DNA of 64,000 bases from Clostridiales bacterium DTU072 (GTDB lineage: Bacteria > Bacillota > Clostridia > Christensenellales > DTU072): positions 17,707-81,706 of the forward strand of contig LFSG01000046.1 of NCBI GenBank assembly GCA_001512685.1. The letters run 5' to 3'. The translations under genes were made by a program, and so were the position numbers. How positions within the stretch are numbered: position 1 is the first letter of the stretch; every line of letters starts with the position of its first letter. The notes under the pieces are model-generated. The model was not told the DNA's origin. It saw only the letters and a list, made by a program, of their open reading frames with translations, and made no database searches. Shown piece by piece: positions 28,901 to 39,800 of this stretch.

Positions 28901-31900
28901 AGATTTTCTGGCTATATACGACTATAAAGGGGACGCCGCCGATATTTTGCTTGCCACCGCCGAAATTTTGGGCTGGTATGAAGTGGTAACCGTTAACGGC
29001 GTGCCCAGAAGAGTATATCATAACACCGAAAAGATATACCTTTACATACATATCGAGTCCGCCGAAGTAAAATATTTGCCTTTGGAGGAATCTCACAACC
29101 TTAAATCGGGATACAAGGACATTCTTGTTACTTCCCAATCCGAATATGAGCAAAAACTGAGAGTGCAGCAGTTGTTCGGAGTTAACGCCGACAGCGAAGA
29201 TTTTGCTTATCGCGAATTCGTCATATATATGGACGCTTACAGAAATTCCAATTACAAAGGAAGTTTTGTTCCTCCCGCCAACCTTGTGGTAGGCTACGCC
29301 GACCCCGAAACCGTTCATACTTTCTCGGCTTTGAAATACTATTACCAAGGTTATGAAATCACAACCATACCTTATGGCATTACGGGTATTATTTGTCAAA
29401 GCGACCTGAACGGCGATTATCTTGTCATCAATAATAGAAAAGTGTACTTCATATCGGGCGACGACAGGTATAACATGACGCTGAAGGTTGAATTGGGGGC
29501 GGGGCAGACCATTGCGGTGAGAATTCATTTCTTTAACAAAACCGTTAAGGCGGTCAGACCCATAATCGAATACGGCGACGAGGAAATAAGGCAGCAGATA
29601 AGCCAAGCGCTTGCGTCGGAAATGGAAAAGATACAGCTTGCCGCTCAAGAAAACATAAACATTAAGAAGCTTGAGCACGAAATAACCGCCGTTTTAATCA
29701 AAAACCGCGAAATAAAAGAAACCGTAAATAAAAATTATATCTATGCCGAGCTTAAAAAGATAAGCGCGGACAATTTAAATAACGGTTCAGCTCTGGAAAG
29801 AGTAAGGCAGCTTTTGGATATAGCCGTAACTATTTTTGAAAACCCCGGCGTTGACGAAACAGATAAAAGAAATCATAATTACGCCGCGCATATAGTAATC
29901 GAAATGCGCGAAGCTTTATTCGATGACGCCGTCAACGCGGTTTACGGCGCTCTTGAGGCTTATTTGAGAAACCAGGCGGGAGCCACATTCGGCGATATCG
30001 AGCAAGCCGTTACCTCTTATCTTGACGATTTATTCAACAACGCGGGAGTCAAGATTATAAACAACAAGATAATTGACTTTGCCGAGCCTCAAATAAGATA
30101 TCAAATAGAACAAATGGAATTTGAGCAGCGCATTTATGTGGTCAGACTCAAAAACCAAATTCAATACGAGCTTAATGTGCAGAATATCTTAAATCAAATG
30201 CAAAAAATAACATTGAGCCAACTGACTCCGATCAGACTGGCTATCGAGGACATAATAAACGCCGAATTTATCAGAATGATAGAGGCCGTCAAAGAAAAGA
30301 GCGACGACAGCCAAGCTTTCGAAACTGCCGTTGAGAACAAACTTAAAGACAGAATGTTGGTACGCAGCGTGGAGCTTACCGATTTGTGCATTGAGCTGGC
30401 GCGAATACATATCGGAGAAATCACCGACGATCCCGAGAGTTTGATTAAGGCCTTCTTTGAGGAATTTTTCCACTTTATCGAAGACGATATGGACATGATA
30501 ATCATGGCCATAAAAGAACAAATAGAAAAAACAAGCGCCATATTGGTGGCCGAGATGAGAGCCAGCTATGACGCAGGGCTTGCCATAAATACCGGCGGCA
30601 GGCTTACCAGAGCCGTAAATCTCAGCATAGCCGAAACCATCAATAACATTATGCTGGAAGGAAGAATAGTGGACGCCATAAGACGGGCGCAAAATCTTAA
30701 CGAAGCTTATACATCGAACGGCCAGTACGCCATCGATCCTTACGGCGATTATATCTTTGTGCCTACGCGCGCCGAAATAATTTTTGACGAAGAAAACGGC
30801 GGAGAAAGCTATATCGTGAACATTAACTGGACCAAGCCTTCTCATTGGTCTACGCCCAGAAATCCCAACGCCGGAGTAACTTATGCCGGCAATGAGGCCA
30901 AAGAAATAGAAGCTCAAAACGACACATGGGTTTGGTATCAAAACGAGCTGGAGAGAAGAAAACTGGAAGTCTTTGAGACGGGCGGCCATTTGACGATTGA
31001 GGAAGAGCTTTTGGACAACATAATGCAAAGCATACTCAACGCCATATATACCGAGCGCCTGCAGAATGGAGCGCTTACCAAAGATCAGGGCTGGGCGGAG
31101 CTTTGGAATGACGCCGGCATAAGCCACGCCCACTTAAACTCCATTTTGAGCAGCATAGAAAAGCGTTATCCCTCGGACGACCAGACTCAAAAGCATATTT
31201 ATTGCTTTGATATGTGGGTATATATTGAGGCATGGAATCAATTGAGGGGCTATACCGTGCCCGACGATCCCGACACCGCCGCCAACGAATACGAAATATG
31301 GCAGGCGTTGCTGGTTAAGCTGGCGCGCAAGCTGCTGGCTATTCGCAGAGACGAATTTACGGCTAAATTATATACCGAAGGCGTGGGCGAACAAGACCTC
31401 AGCTTAATAGTGCTGGTGCACAAAAGAAGGCTGGACGCCGGCAGTTATATTCTGTATAAAGACGGATATGAATGCTCGCCCACCGATCCGATGTATCATA
31501 TTGAAGACCCCTTCGCGGGCAGAGTGTCCGATTTCCCCAATCTCATATCCGTTGACGACGGCGTAATAGTGGACGGCAAGGTTATCAGCTTCTCCAATTT
31601 GACGGTGGATTGGGATTATACCGACCAAGCCATTACTTACGCCGGAACGCTGGTCAAAAACGAAACCACCGGGCTTATGGGCGTAATAGTGAAAGGCTAT
31701 ATCAAAAACAGCGACGTAGGTCAGGAAGTCAGGTTAAGGCTGGTTGTGAATTCTTGGGAATACAATGACTCCGGCGTCAGCGGATTGCGTCAATATACCG
31801 GTCCTGCTGACGGGGATATTTATGACGAAAACAATTATACGATTATGGACCCCATAAGCTTTGTGTTCTCCAAGCTTGTGGATTATTCGGCTCAGGAGCA

Positions 31901-33881
31901 ATACCAAGTAATGATAAAGGAAACCTGTTATAAGCCAAGCTATGACGACAACGGGAATTTGGTGGAAGAAACCGAAGTGGTATACAGAAACGTGCTGTTC
32001 TACCCCGAAGACAGCCTTAAAGTCCGCGACAGCATTGACGACGCCGAGATGGCCGTAATCAAACAACGCAGAAATTATATTCTTTATTGGGACGCCGAAG
32101 CAAAAAGCTTGGCCTACAATTCGGGCGGAACGCCCGTTCTGGGCAGCTTCTCGCTGGGCAACGCAAGAAAAAATAAATTGACCAGATCGAACAGAGCCTA
32201 TTATCAATACGAGGAATCTTACATAAGCAAAGTCAATCCCATTGACTGTACTTTGGAAGATCTGCGCGATTGGCTATTGGAAAGCGGCAGAGCCGCCGAC
32301 CATACGGAAGCGACGGCGATGGCCGAGCAAAAAATGAAGGAACTGTATAACATTACGGGCGTATCTTCCTTGGTTATCAATCCTTTGAATCCCGTATTGC
32401 CCGCCACCGTCGACGCCAAAGGAATACTTAATCAGGTTAACGACACTCAATTGAACGGAATAAGGGTGCTGTGGAATAAGTCTTATGGCAAAGCCGTACA
32501 GGATTTGACGCAGTTTGTCAAGTATATGTATCCCACCCTCACAAACAATGAAGCCGACAGAAGCGCCAAAGAAATTTTGATGGATATAGGCAGAAGCGCC
32601 GCTCAAGAACAAGAGCTTATCGAAAATCTTATTGCTTGGCTCATGGATACTTGGTCCGCCCAGAATTTGACGCCGCTTACGGATATGGACAACGAAAACT
32701 GGGAGATTTATTATCATCACGCCAGCACCACTTCCGCGATAAGGACAAAAATGTCCAATATCATGGACAGAGTCGTTAACCAAAACGGCAACAGGACCAG
32801 CGTATATGACAAAAACGAAGGCTGGTACAAAATGTATACCTTCCTTGATTTGCTCAACTCCATAGAAATACTTACCGAGGAAGAAAAAGCCATGCTTTGG
32901 GACTTCAGGGTAAGCGGCGCGGCCGATCCCTTGCCTCTGCAAGATATGTATCAGAGAATCGCCCAAGCCAATCAAGGGCTGGATACGCAAAAATTGAAGG
33001 CGCTGGCGTTTGACGAATATGTAAAATGGGAAAATTGGTATACGCTTAAACTGAGATATACCGGATATACAAGATTGATTAACGAAACCAACAGCCTGTA
33101 TGATTATTTTGTCGTCCAATATCCTGGTCTTAACGATTATGAATACGGCGCCAAATGCTGGGATCATTATGTGTCAACATTCGGCAATGAAGACCTGGGA
33201 TACTTGAATACGCTCAGAGATTTGGCTCAAAGCAGGCATCCCGAATACGCGGGCCAAGACGATATGCTTAACGCCATAGCTTGGGACGAATGGATAAAAG
33301 CCACATCCTTCCGCGAATGGATGACAAGGCAGGCCAAAAACACGCTTATGATAGACGAAGAATACGACATTCATTCTTCAACGGGCTACCTTGACGGCGG
33401 CATAGACGGCACCAAGACCGTTACCTTGCTGTTGCAGCTTACGCAAGGCGGATATATCTATGCCCAAACCTTCAAAATCAGACTGATATTCCTTGATTTG
33501 TCGTCTCTTGCGTGTTACGCCGACACCGCGGGCAACAACAGAGTGTCCGCAATGCCCAAAGACAATCCGCTTACGGAAATGACCATAGCCGTTAAAGCCG
33601 ATTATTTCACCGACGACTATGTGGGCAGACTGAATCCTTACAACACCACAAACGCCTTTGTCTTTGATTTGCTGGATTATTTTGCCACGCGAGAATTTAT
33701 GGGCCAAACAGTCAATAAATACATAGACGGAGCGCAAAAGAAGGTTAAGCTCATCAGAATTACAAATATTGTATGGAATATTCCCGCCAACGCCCAAAGC
33801 GGCGATACCGTTTATTCAGATTCGTTTACGGTTGGCGAGATAACATATAAATCGGATTTATTGAAGATGGTATTAAGCTAA
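22989..33881 (+). CDS. Giant lipoprotein, 3630 aa, unknown function
   Basis: An uninterrupted 10.9-kb ORF. GTG start with GGAGG 6 nt upstream. Signal peptide plus lipobox (LLSLSIVAC). The head module is paralogous to those of the neighbouring genes. Beta-rich modules alternate with long helical regions. No enzymatic motif was recognised. Confidence 0.9.
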   Translation: MLHKINLRRVILVVLLVLLSLSIVACKELPPDDSPTYSINDDEKNQANKDQNTKETAIEKVTTSITNLKERLNSEKVGEGGYYLGFDFFINTAKNDNFILKLQAHLFTYPYMNEFGVIREDDLAKHNELIKKSTILLEWYDGRTNTMLIGFYFDGVKSNPHDPGNILYLNLQGEKRWFPDFGDTVLFQQMIRLITSFSIDDLLNKAGIGEDGGVSAIETLLDMAITNNYKVVVNHDEESNKDITSIRFDNVSLDMISEDLTEILQSIFSPFSNKIDPLTKKYLGFRFSTLGRTSIRKLNTNLQFFTEPDTDGLEDILTGAYVEMDGTAYVDSQSVPFTSVVNIYYGVAPPEPIQLDREYYKYFDYGKYEFTGNLYLPTMNLQMDALIRMKINEFDNTTNHVFSEFRDIANGDLLIGAYYKNELAYFDIEGLQHLYGGIKIDDIGFPKVFIEDWDLAKMLGSFKDMVDKAIISIVDNILDPLDRPKNNMLQVIMAKMESTERKDGDPLTVRNTVMIRIDHELLKDVLREGGYGTYTTRDIINIINAQLPITLDELCTILGITSAEILLEKTWIKLTLDVDTNMLTIQLYSDIGINVGEQPSKLLMQLDLIPVKIGEDMIIAEISFDNFKELLPIYTYSAEMGGQFIFSNAEVVDLSELLSSFMDDISGLNTPYILPAEAKLDFTLVYDQYIKEQYLQTVPGGPRDGRWTKASRNAFILNVFIKGTTPEDNITLFNIYANDVSFKTNAPEEDLGYIWVDLVCLRSNPDVPTIPKFKIREDYWLQSVNRYLNSTKASDNVQPILNPDISLSITTIISALMEDSYVVFQPEQIEITTSNETVQSIFGVESLIGTINAQIGLVQRVFGVDQIEDEFAEYSVGYFEDIYADGPYTTKLHETIDVTFTFNQNGRIWSETLPLRFKYEPKSVEVKEDPTIREYHPIIYGPILVSETSPLIHRFMGVQRGYTIYMTGGQNSRLKLRELANDDWYDPEEKRIITKEEIANYSESEKAYFESIKHKLLPHYRLEPRLPKPTEMELYAGGTGSSVIVTYEANILIDWESVTLAGGEYFTEVIIAEGMMGETVFPLHIVVTNRVVDTSNMNPQYVNVTANPDSDELTEAPVVDRISIDPYDYLWQKAIYFEQYFNHRVFDTPQSKEIARQQTNIAFIQYYFRNFDIAIRFVDFDVDVEDYRDTPAHRVNDLVWYFDRYEPTKYYKETDIVLSGGSTYLHADFKGQIVALQVVVESRTIRGVYFDGEEENNVYTVDMLDSDSYAIPLFPLIIFEEKDEGDRHITRRLIDADNGIEVPMLWSHPIVNNPRIEGTDTPFLGSASNLTSSYVDLYRALGVGEWIFKDYSPIVVIRVECPSKEIADLELPQPVYGYKNIDDWHSGITSEIKPSYINIGDDPTGFYYVDPFNPQTAKIPGHITVTFKGRLGHHDYYTKDYNVVWDTSSGLVRYDSQGDYYMLTVNSEEETYLQLTAMVGNEQVGYIEIVLCVKILTSHYTDINFFDDQGNKIDIGGTPEAGYVYYVNTYQGFKIPHSFAALFGESDVRYYNADWKGKNIYGEYVIDLKDIQFKPGSVIELKTTLPGAEGAVLEVRLTIDVNNVNIEKIIFTNIPMWKNLQGQLVKLPITLRLQDLNDLTLDGIRLNTEGKVENLYFGRGFYTYEEYEQAGVDVPYIEGIKDEWGNYIQLPVEPVSLYPYELLSILFLNTCLIFDDGSKMIKDYDIHNLRGIMDTQDIVQKVGDTANFNYGGGKYVVRLGQGQGAHDLTIRIRFTYGLFVEAGGQSESYDIELYNPDGTAIWGPEGFVLADNVSASIEVSVQETGNMVTYLYGPLHGQDAPRLDIWYVENSNVPSIPIGSYISYIPREILYDSSQNIVLELSFLTEKGFRIKRSFNIVKVSFLNMYRSIDTYDDIFTIENGRIVIKDLYKFYPLALYLNNADNLPKIINRHTSYYDITISDVQWTISQEWRDFLAIYDYKGDAADILLATAEILGWYEVVTVNGVPRRVYHNTEKIYLYIHIESAEVKYLPLEESHNLKSGYKDILVTSQSEYEQKLRVQQLFGVNADSEDFAYREFVIYMDAYRNSNYKGSFVPPANLVVGYADPETVHTFSALKYYYQGYEITTIPYGITGIICQSDLNGDYLVINNRKVYFISGDDRYNMTLKVELGAGQTIAVRIHFFNKTVKAVRPIIEYGDEEIRQQISQALASEMEKIQLAAQENINIKKLEHEITAVLIKNREIKETVNKNYIYAELKKISADNLNNGSALERVRQLLDIAVTIFENPGVDETDKRNHNYAAHIVIEMREALFDDAVNAVYGALEAYLRNQAGATFGDIEQAVTSYLDDLFNNAGVKIINNKIIDFAEPQIRYQIEQMEFEQRIYVVRLKNQIQYELNVQNILNQMQKITLSQLTPIRLAIEDIINAEFIRMIEAVKEKSDDSQAFETAVENKLKDRMLVRSVELTDLCIELARIHIGEITDDPESLIKAFFEEFFHFIEDDMDMIIMAIKEQIEKTSAILVAEMRASYDAGLAINTGGRLTRAVNLSIAETINNIMLEGRIVDAIRRAQNLNEAYTSNGQYAIDPYGDYIFVPTRAEIIFDEENGGESYIVNINWTKPSHWSTPRNPNAGVTYAGNEAKEIEAQNDTWVWYQNELERRKLEVFETGGHLTIEEELLDNIMQSILNAIYTERLQNGALTKDQGWAELWNDAGISHAHLNSILSSIEKRYPSDDQTQKHIYCFDMWVYIEAWNQLRGYTVPDDPDTAANEYEIWQALLVKLARKLLAIRRDEFTAKLYTEGVGEQDLSLIVLVHKRRLDAGSYILYKDGYECSPTDPMYHIEDPFAGRVSDFPNLISVDDGVIVDGKVISFSNLTVDWDYTDQAITYAGTLVKNETTGLMGVIVKGYIKNSDVGQEVRLRLVVNSWEYNDSGVSGLRQYTGPADGDIYDENNYTIMDPISFVFSKLVDYSAQEQYQVMIKETCYKPSYDDNGNLVEETEVVYRNVLFYPEDSLKVRDSIDDAEMAVIKQRRNYILYWDAEAKSLAYNSGGTPVLGSFSLGNARKNKLTRSNRAYYQYEESYISKVNPIDCTLEDLRDWLLESGRAADHTEATAMAEQKMKELYNITGVSSLVINPLNPVLPATVDAKGILNQVNDTQLNGIRVLWNKSYGKAVQDLTQFVKYMYPTLTNNEADRSAKEILMDIGRSAAQEQELIENLIAWLMDTWSAQNLTPLTDMDNENWEIYYHHASTTSAIRTKMSNIMDRVVNQNGNRTSVYDKNEGWYKMYTFLDLLNSIEILTEEEKAMLWDFRVSGAADPLPLQDMYQRIAQANQGLDTQKLKALAFDEYVKWENWYTLKLRYTGYTRLINETNSLYDYFVVQYPGLNDYEYGAKCWDHYVSTFGNEDLGYLNTLRDLAQSRHPEYAGQDDMLNAIAWDEWIKATSFREWMTRQAKNTLMIDEEYDIHSSTGYLDGGIDGTKTVTLLLQLTQGGYIYAQTFKIRLIFLDLSSLACYADTAGNNRVSAMPKDNPLTEMTIAVKADYFTDDYVGRLNPYNTTNAFVFDLLDYFATREFMGQTVNKYIDGAQKKVKLIRITNIVWNIPANAQSGDTVYSDSFTVGEITYKSDLLKMVLS

Positions 33882-33898
33882 AATATGGAGGCTGAGCT

Positions 33899-36800
33899 GT
33901 GAAGAGACCCATTCGGATAATCTTACTGGTGATATTGACGGCGATTCTGTCGTTGACTATGATTTCGTGCGCCAAAAACCCCGGCGTAAACGCTCCGCCC
34001 ATTGACAATATGCCGGGAAACCCCTCGCCCATATTCAAGCTTAACAAAAACCAAATGCTGACCAAAATAAGCAACGGTATCGATTTAGGCGCGAAAATAC
34101 TGGAGGAAAGCGAACGCTCCTATGTAAGCACCGTCTATACCGTGCTTGTCAAGCATATCAATTATACCATTACCTATAAAGCCAATTATGCGCCCAAGCG
34201 TCAGGACAGCGAAATTTACGCCAAAATTTTTGACAATAACGAAAACATGAACAGAGTTTTCGTTTATTACAATAAAGGCGAATTGTTTTATCAATTGGAA
34301 GGGCAAAGACACAGCATACCCGATTTCGGCATTACCAGCTCTTTTGATTTATTCTTTGAGCTGATTACCATGCTCGATATGTCTTATACTTTGATGAGCG
34401 AAAACATAGCCGCCATATTCGACCCAAACAATATGGGCGGGAACATAGGTCCGCTTATCGATCAAAGCAGAATGCAGCATATACAGCTTTCCGAGGGCGA
34501 AGAAGTAAGAGAATCCATTGAAATGAGGGATGTAAACCTTAACTATGAGGATGTCAAGAAAACCATCAATACTTTGATTCAAGACGTATTCGGAAAGTTT
34601 GAAAGGAAACTGGACTTGTTGACGCTCAAATATTTGGGCTTTAGATTAAGCGACCTTTCCACCATTGAGCTTAATGATTTGAACGGCGACTTTATTAATG
34701 TCAGGCTGAGGAATAACGCGGCCGAGACAATTATTTTTGAAGCCAGCGGAAACTTGACGGACAGGATAAATACTTTTTACGGCGAACTTGAATTGGAGGC
34801 CAGGGAAGGGAAGGGCGAAATAGTTTTGCAGGATGATGAAAACCCTTATCTTGTCAATTATCCCGAAATGCTTATGGGAAGGTTTAATTACGGCGGAACT
34901 TTGTTCGTGCCTTTCTTGGATATGACTTATGACGCTACCTTCAGAACAATTTTGTCCTCCTCCGACAACACCATAAATCAAGTGCTCTTTACTTTGAACA
35001 GCAGGCATGAAGAAATAGGCGGCCTTTTCTATAAAGACCAAATGCTTTATGTGGATATTACCGGAATCAATCGACAGCTTAACGGCGCCATTGAATTGGA
35101 AAAGCTCAATTTGCCCAAGGTCAAATTTGACGGGCTGGATTTGGCTCTTGAAATTTCTTTATTGATAAATGATTTGGTCAGAATCGTAAAAGGCTTTACG
35201 GGGGATGACGAGTACGGAGAGAATGAAGAATTAACCCGTCTTTTGCTTGAAAATATCGTATCCGACGAGGATACAAGCACTATTACCGTTACCGTTACCA
35301 AAGAATTGATACAGCAGCTTTACGGCGAAGATGTGGACCTTCTTCAGCTTATCGCCGATAAATTGGAAGTGCCCAGAGAGCTTATAACGCAAATATTGGG
35401 CGACCAAGCGCTGGAAAACGCCAAGCTGGTAATTTTGTATAATGTGGAAAGCGGCGCCATAGGCCTTGATTTATATGACGGCGACTATCTTGTTTTTGAA
35501 TTGAGGATGGAAAAAATAGATCCTCTTCCCGGCGACACCATTACCTATCCTCAATCCTTTAATCCCGATACCTTCACTTGGCTGGAAATACCCGACAATA
35601 CCATATTGTCGCTGCAGGGCACGCTGTCCATGCAGGAAGTATCCAAAATTGACTTTAATTGCCTGTTCGGCGCCCTTTTGGGCGACATTTCAGGCGTGAA
35701 TACGCCATACACCCTTTACAGTAACGAACAATTGCATTTTTTCCTCGACATAATGCAGATATATAAATATATCGAGGGCGTAGACGGGGAGCTTTATCGC
35801 GAAATCGAAAAGGTGATGAAATTTGAAATCTACAAAAATGATATTTTACAAATAGGGGTTTATTCCTCAAAAGACCCCAATTATTTGCTTGTGGATTTCA
35901 ATGTGCCTGTAGGGCCTTTGGGCTCTGACAGGAACGGCGTTCCTTATATTCAAAAAACGCTTAAATACAAAATTGAAAGAATAAAAGTCAAAGAAGCGTT
36001 TGCCGAACTGTTGGGCGATGACAACATTTTCGGCATGGAAAATGTCATGGATATGTTCACCAGGCTTTTGCGCTCCATAAGGGAAAGCGTAAGCATGCGT
36101 TTGAGGTTCGTGGATTCCTCTTTCGCGTTTAACCTTGTGTCGGATACCGTAAAGGAATTAATCGGACTTGACAACCTTAACGCCCTTATTAAAACGCGCA
36201 TAAGGTTTGCCATGACTCCCCAGCAATATCTTAATATCAACATTGTGGAAGACGATTTTGTCACGCCCAGCATCAGTTTCCTCGATAATTTGGATTTTGA
36301 AAGCATTTATCAAATGCAATGGCATGAATTCGCCTATACGCATTTCGGAAACGATGTAATGCGCTTCAAGCTGACTTACATAGAGGATTCGGTAAGGATA
36401 ATATCGGGGAAATATCTTTATCAGCCGCAGGCCAAGCTGCTCGATAAGATTGTATCGTATTATGTTACCTTGTACGACAGCGTCAACGGCATAAAAGTGG
36501 TGAAGAACACTCTTGACCCCGAAACGCCGCACAACAAAGACGCCGTTCTCAATACCGAAAGACCATTGCAAATCGATCCGTCGCTAACGGAAGACCTTCC
36601 CGAAAAGATTCCCGTATTGTATGACGACGGCACTTTCGGGGAAGTAAATTATACGATTGAAGGCTTTGATGTCAGCAATATTACCGTGTCCGGCATGCCC
36701 AGGGCGGAATATTGGCTGGTTATCGGCAAAGGAAGCGTGGCCGAAATCAAGTTCTACATAGCTGTGGAAGTGCTGGGCAGAGTCATTGTGCCCATAAAAG

Positions 36801-39800
36801 AAATAGTCAACGGCGTGCCTTCCAATATGAGAAGCCCGGATTTAGGCGCTCCCGTTGTGGACGAAGTTACCATTGACCCGTATACTTACGCCATCAGAAA
36901 AGCCGAAAATGCTTTCTGGAATCCTCTTAAGACCTCTCTTACCTTAAAATTTGAGCCCGTCGAAGGCGAAGACATCGGCGATACCGTGAATATCAGCAAT
37001 ATCGAATGGGATTTTGACTTCAGCAATATACAATTTAACGGCGGCGTGTTCTTTACGCACGCGTACTACAATAAGCTGCTGATAGCTCTGAAGGTCAATG
37101 TAAAGTCAAAAATAGTGGCGTATTTAAGGTTTGTGGATATCGTCAACATCCATCTGCCCATGGACTCAAGGCCTTATACCGAGGCTCCGGCGCAGTATAC
37201 CGTGGATGTGCTGGATACCTCCACATATGCTTTCCCAACGGGCTCTACCGCCGAAAGACAGCTCAGGCTTTATTTTGAGGACGGCACTTACAGGATTATC
37301 GGAACAAGAGACCATACCTCTGACGACACAGAATACTTTAAGAATTATTTGCCTATTGTTTTGGAATGGAAGCATGCCACCGTAGATTACGCTTCCATAA
37401 GGCTGGTGGGCACAAAAGCGCCTTTAGGTCCCGTGGACAAGAATATCAATAGCGCCATTATCGGCAACGAAAGCTTTACCATAGGCGTTCAGCCCATTAC
37501 TTTGACTATTCTTATGCCTTCAAGGGCGGAAGCCACCATAGGAAACGCGGGCACCATTTATGCCATAACGGGATTCAACAGAAGGTTGGACGACAGCTAT
37601 AATTTTGAAGACCCCATAAGGGAGCATGTTACTTATACCAACGCAAGCTTTGCCCCCAATTTGCCTTTGGGAAGCTTCTTTGAATACAATCCTTACAATC
37701 AGCTGCCCCTACCCGATATTATCTATCTTGATGTGGAGCAGGGCGGCGAAAACAGGATACAACGCAAGGGCTATAAAGTGGAATGGCTGGAGTCTGACGT
37801 GTTAATGCCCAGAGATGTTTATGACGATTCCGGCAACAAAATAAAAACCGAATATGTGTTAAGAAATGTATATATCGACGAAGAATATTTTCTTGTAAGG
37901 GGTTTGGTGGGCAACGGCAACCATAAAATAGTGGTAAAAATGATTGTCAAGAACCTTGAAGCCGTTTATCAAAGCATTACTTTTGAGGGAATGAGCCCCA
38001 ATGTTACCCAAAAAACCATAGACCCTTATTTGCCGTATACCCTTCCCGCGCATTATACCCTTTTGCTTAAGAACGGAAACGAAATAAGAATAGACGCCGT
38101 GGAATGGTTTATTGTGCTGCAGCCAAATCAGAAATGGATGATGCAGCTTAACGGCAAAAGCTATCATTGGATATATGATTATATCGAATATTTGGACGCC
38201 ATAGCTCAAGGCTTGCCGCATGAAGACCTTGAAGACATAATTCCTCCCGGCTTCAGCGAGCCTACTCAAAGCGAGCTTGAGTATTTTCTGCTGCTGATAG
38301 AAAAAGGCGAAATACCGCTGGATAACAGATATGTCTTTTCCCATACCGGGGGAACATATGTATTGAAAAGCTATGTGGAGGCCTCGGAATCCATAATAGC
38401 TCAAGAAGTGTTTTTGACGCTTAACGTCATTCCCCGCACCGTATTGATTAAAGAGGACGAAAACGGCTATACCCAAATAGATATATTTAACAGCGGCTCT
38501 TCCCAGCCTTCTGAAAGGTTTACTTTGGACACCTACCATGTCAGCAGCGACACCATGCTTAAGAGGCTGGAGTATTTGCTGAGCATGAACGGCGAATATG
38601 AGCGTACCCTTAAGTTATTCAACAACATTTATATGGACAACAGAAAGGAATATCCGGAATTGGATTATATGCTTTTGTACGCTCAATGTTATGACGATTA
38701 TTACGCCGCGGTTAACCAAAGCGAAAAGAATGTTCTTACTTCGTATTATTATCAAACCATAAATATGATGCCCGACGCCATGCCCGAGGAGATTAAATAT
38801 TACGCTTTGCAGAATTATCTGGAAGATAAAAACGCCGAGCTGGCCAAAGCGACCGTGGGCATTTATTTCGGAGATTTTGAAGAAATCTCTATGAACAAAT
38901 ATGAATTGCATGTGCGGTGGATTAATATAGGGGAGATTATTGCCGCCTTAACTTCAAGCGAAGGGGCCATGAGCGGTATTGTGCTGGAAGGTTATATAGG
39001 ATATGGGCAAGTAAACCAGCAATTAATCCGCATTCCCTTCAATATTTCCAGAAGAAAAATAGTGAACTTCAATTTCAACAGAATGACGGGCTACGACCCG
39101 TCCATAATGAGCGTGGATTACCGCTTTGTTTATATCGGGAACGAAACTGAAGCGACGGCTTTGATTGACGACATTACCGACGCGGTATTGCTGGATAACA
39201 CCATTCCTCAGCACGAAAAATCATATACCATATTCACCAGACTTTACAATTATATTTCGGTTACCGATTATGACCGCGCCATAATGGACAGCGTGGAAGA
39301 AAGCATTTATCATGAAGACACCGAAATGCGGTACGCGTTGATTTTGCAGGAAATAAGAAGATTAAGGCTGGAGAACATAAGGACCGTGCTTATTGAAATG
39401 CATAAGCCCATGGGCTTGACGCAGCTTGACGACGACGGCGACAGGATATTCATGGCTCCCGCCGATTATTTCCTTAATTTATTTTCGCAGGTAAGCCTTA
39501 TGTTCGCCGACGGCACGGAAGGCTATTATGCCCCCCGTTTTGTGATGGGGAACGGCGCCACTCTTGAGGAGCAAAAAACCGATTTCAATCATAAACTGCT
39601 GGCGGTCAATCCCGAAAATGTGGAGCTTGATCCCGTTACAGGCAGAAGATACGCTTATGTCAATGTGTTGCTTACGCATTTGAGCCAAGGCAGCTGCGAA
39701 TATCCGGTTACCATAAAATTCAAAGCCATAGTGGACCAAAAGGGCGTGGTGGACGGCTATCCCACCGAGAGCGAATTGGATCCCTATGACGAATTCGGCA

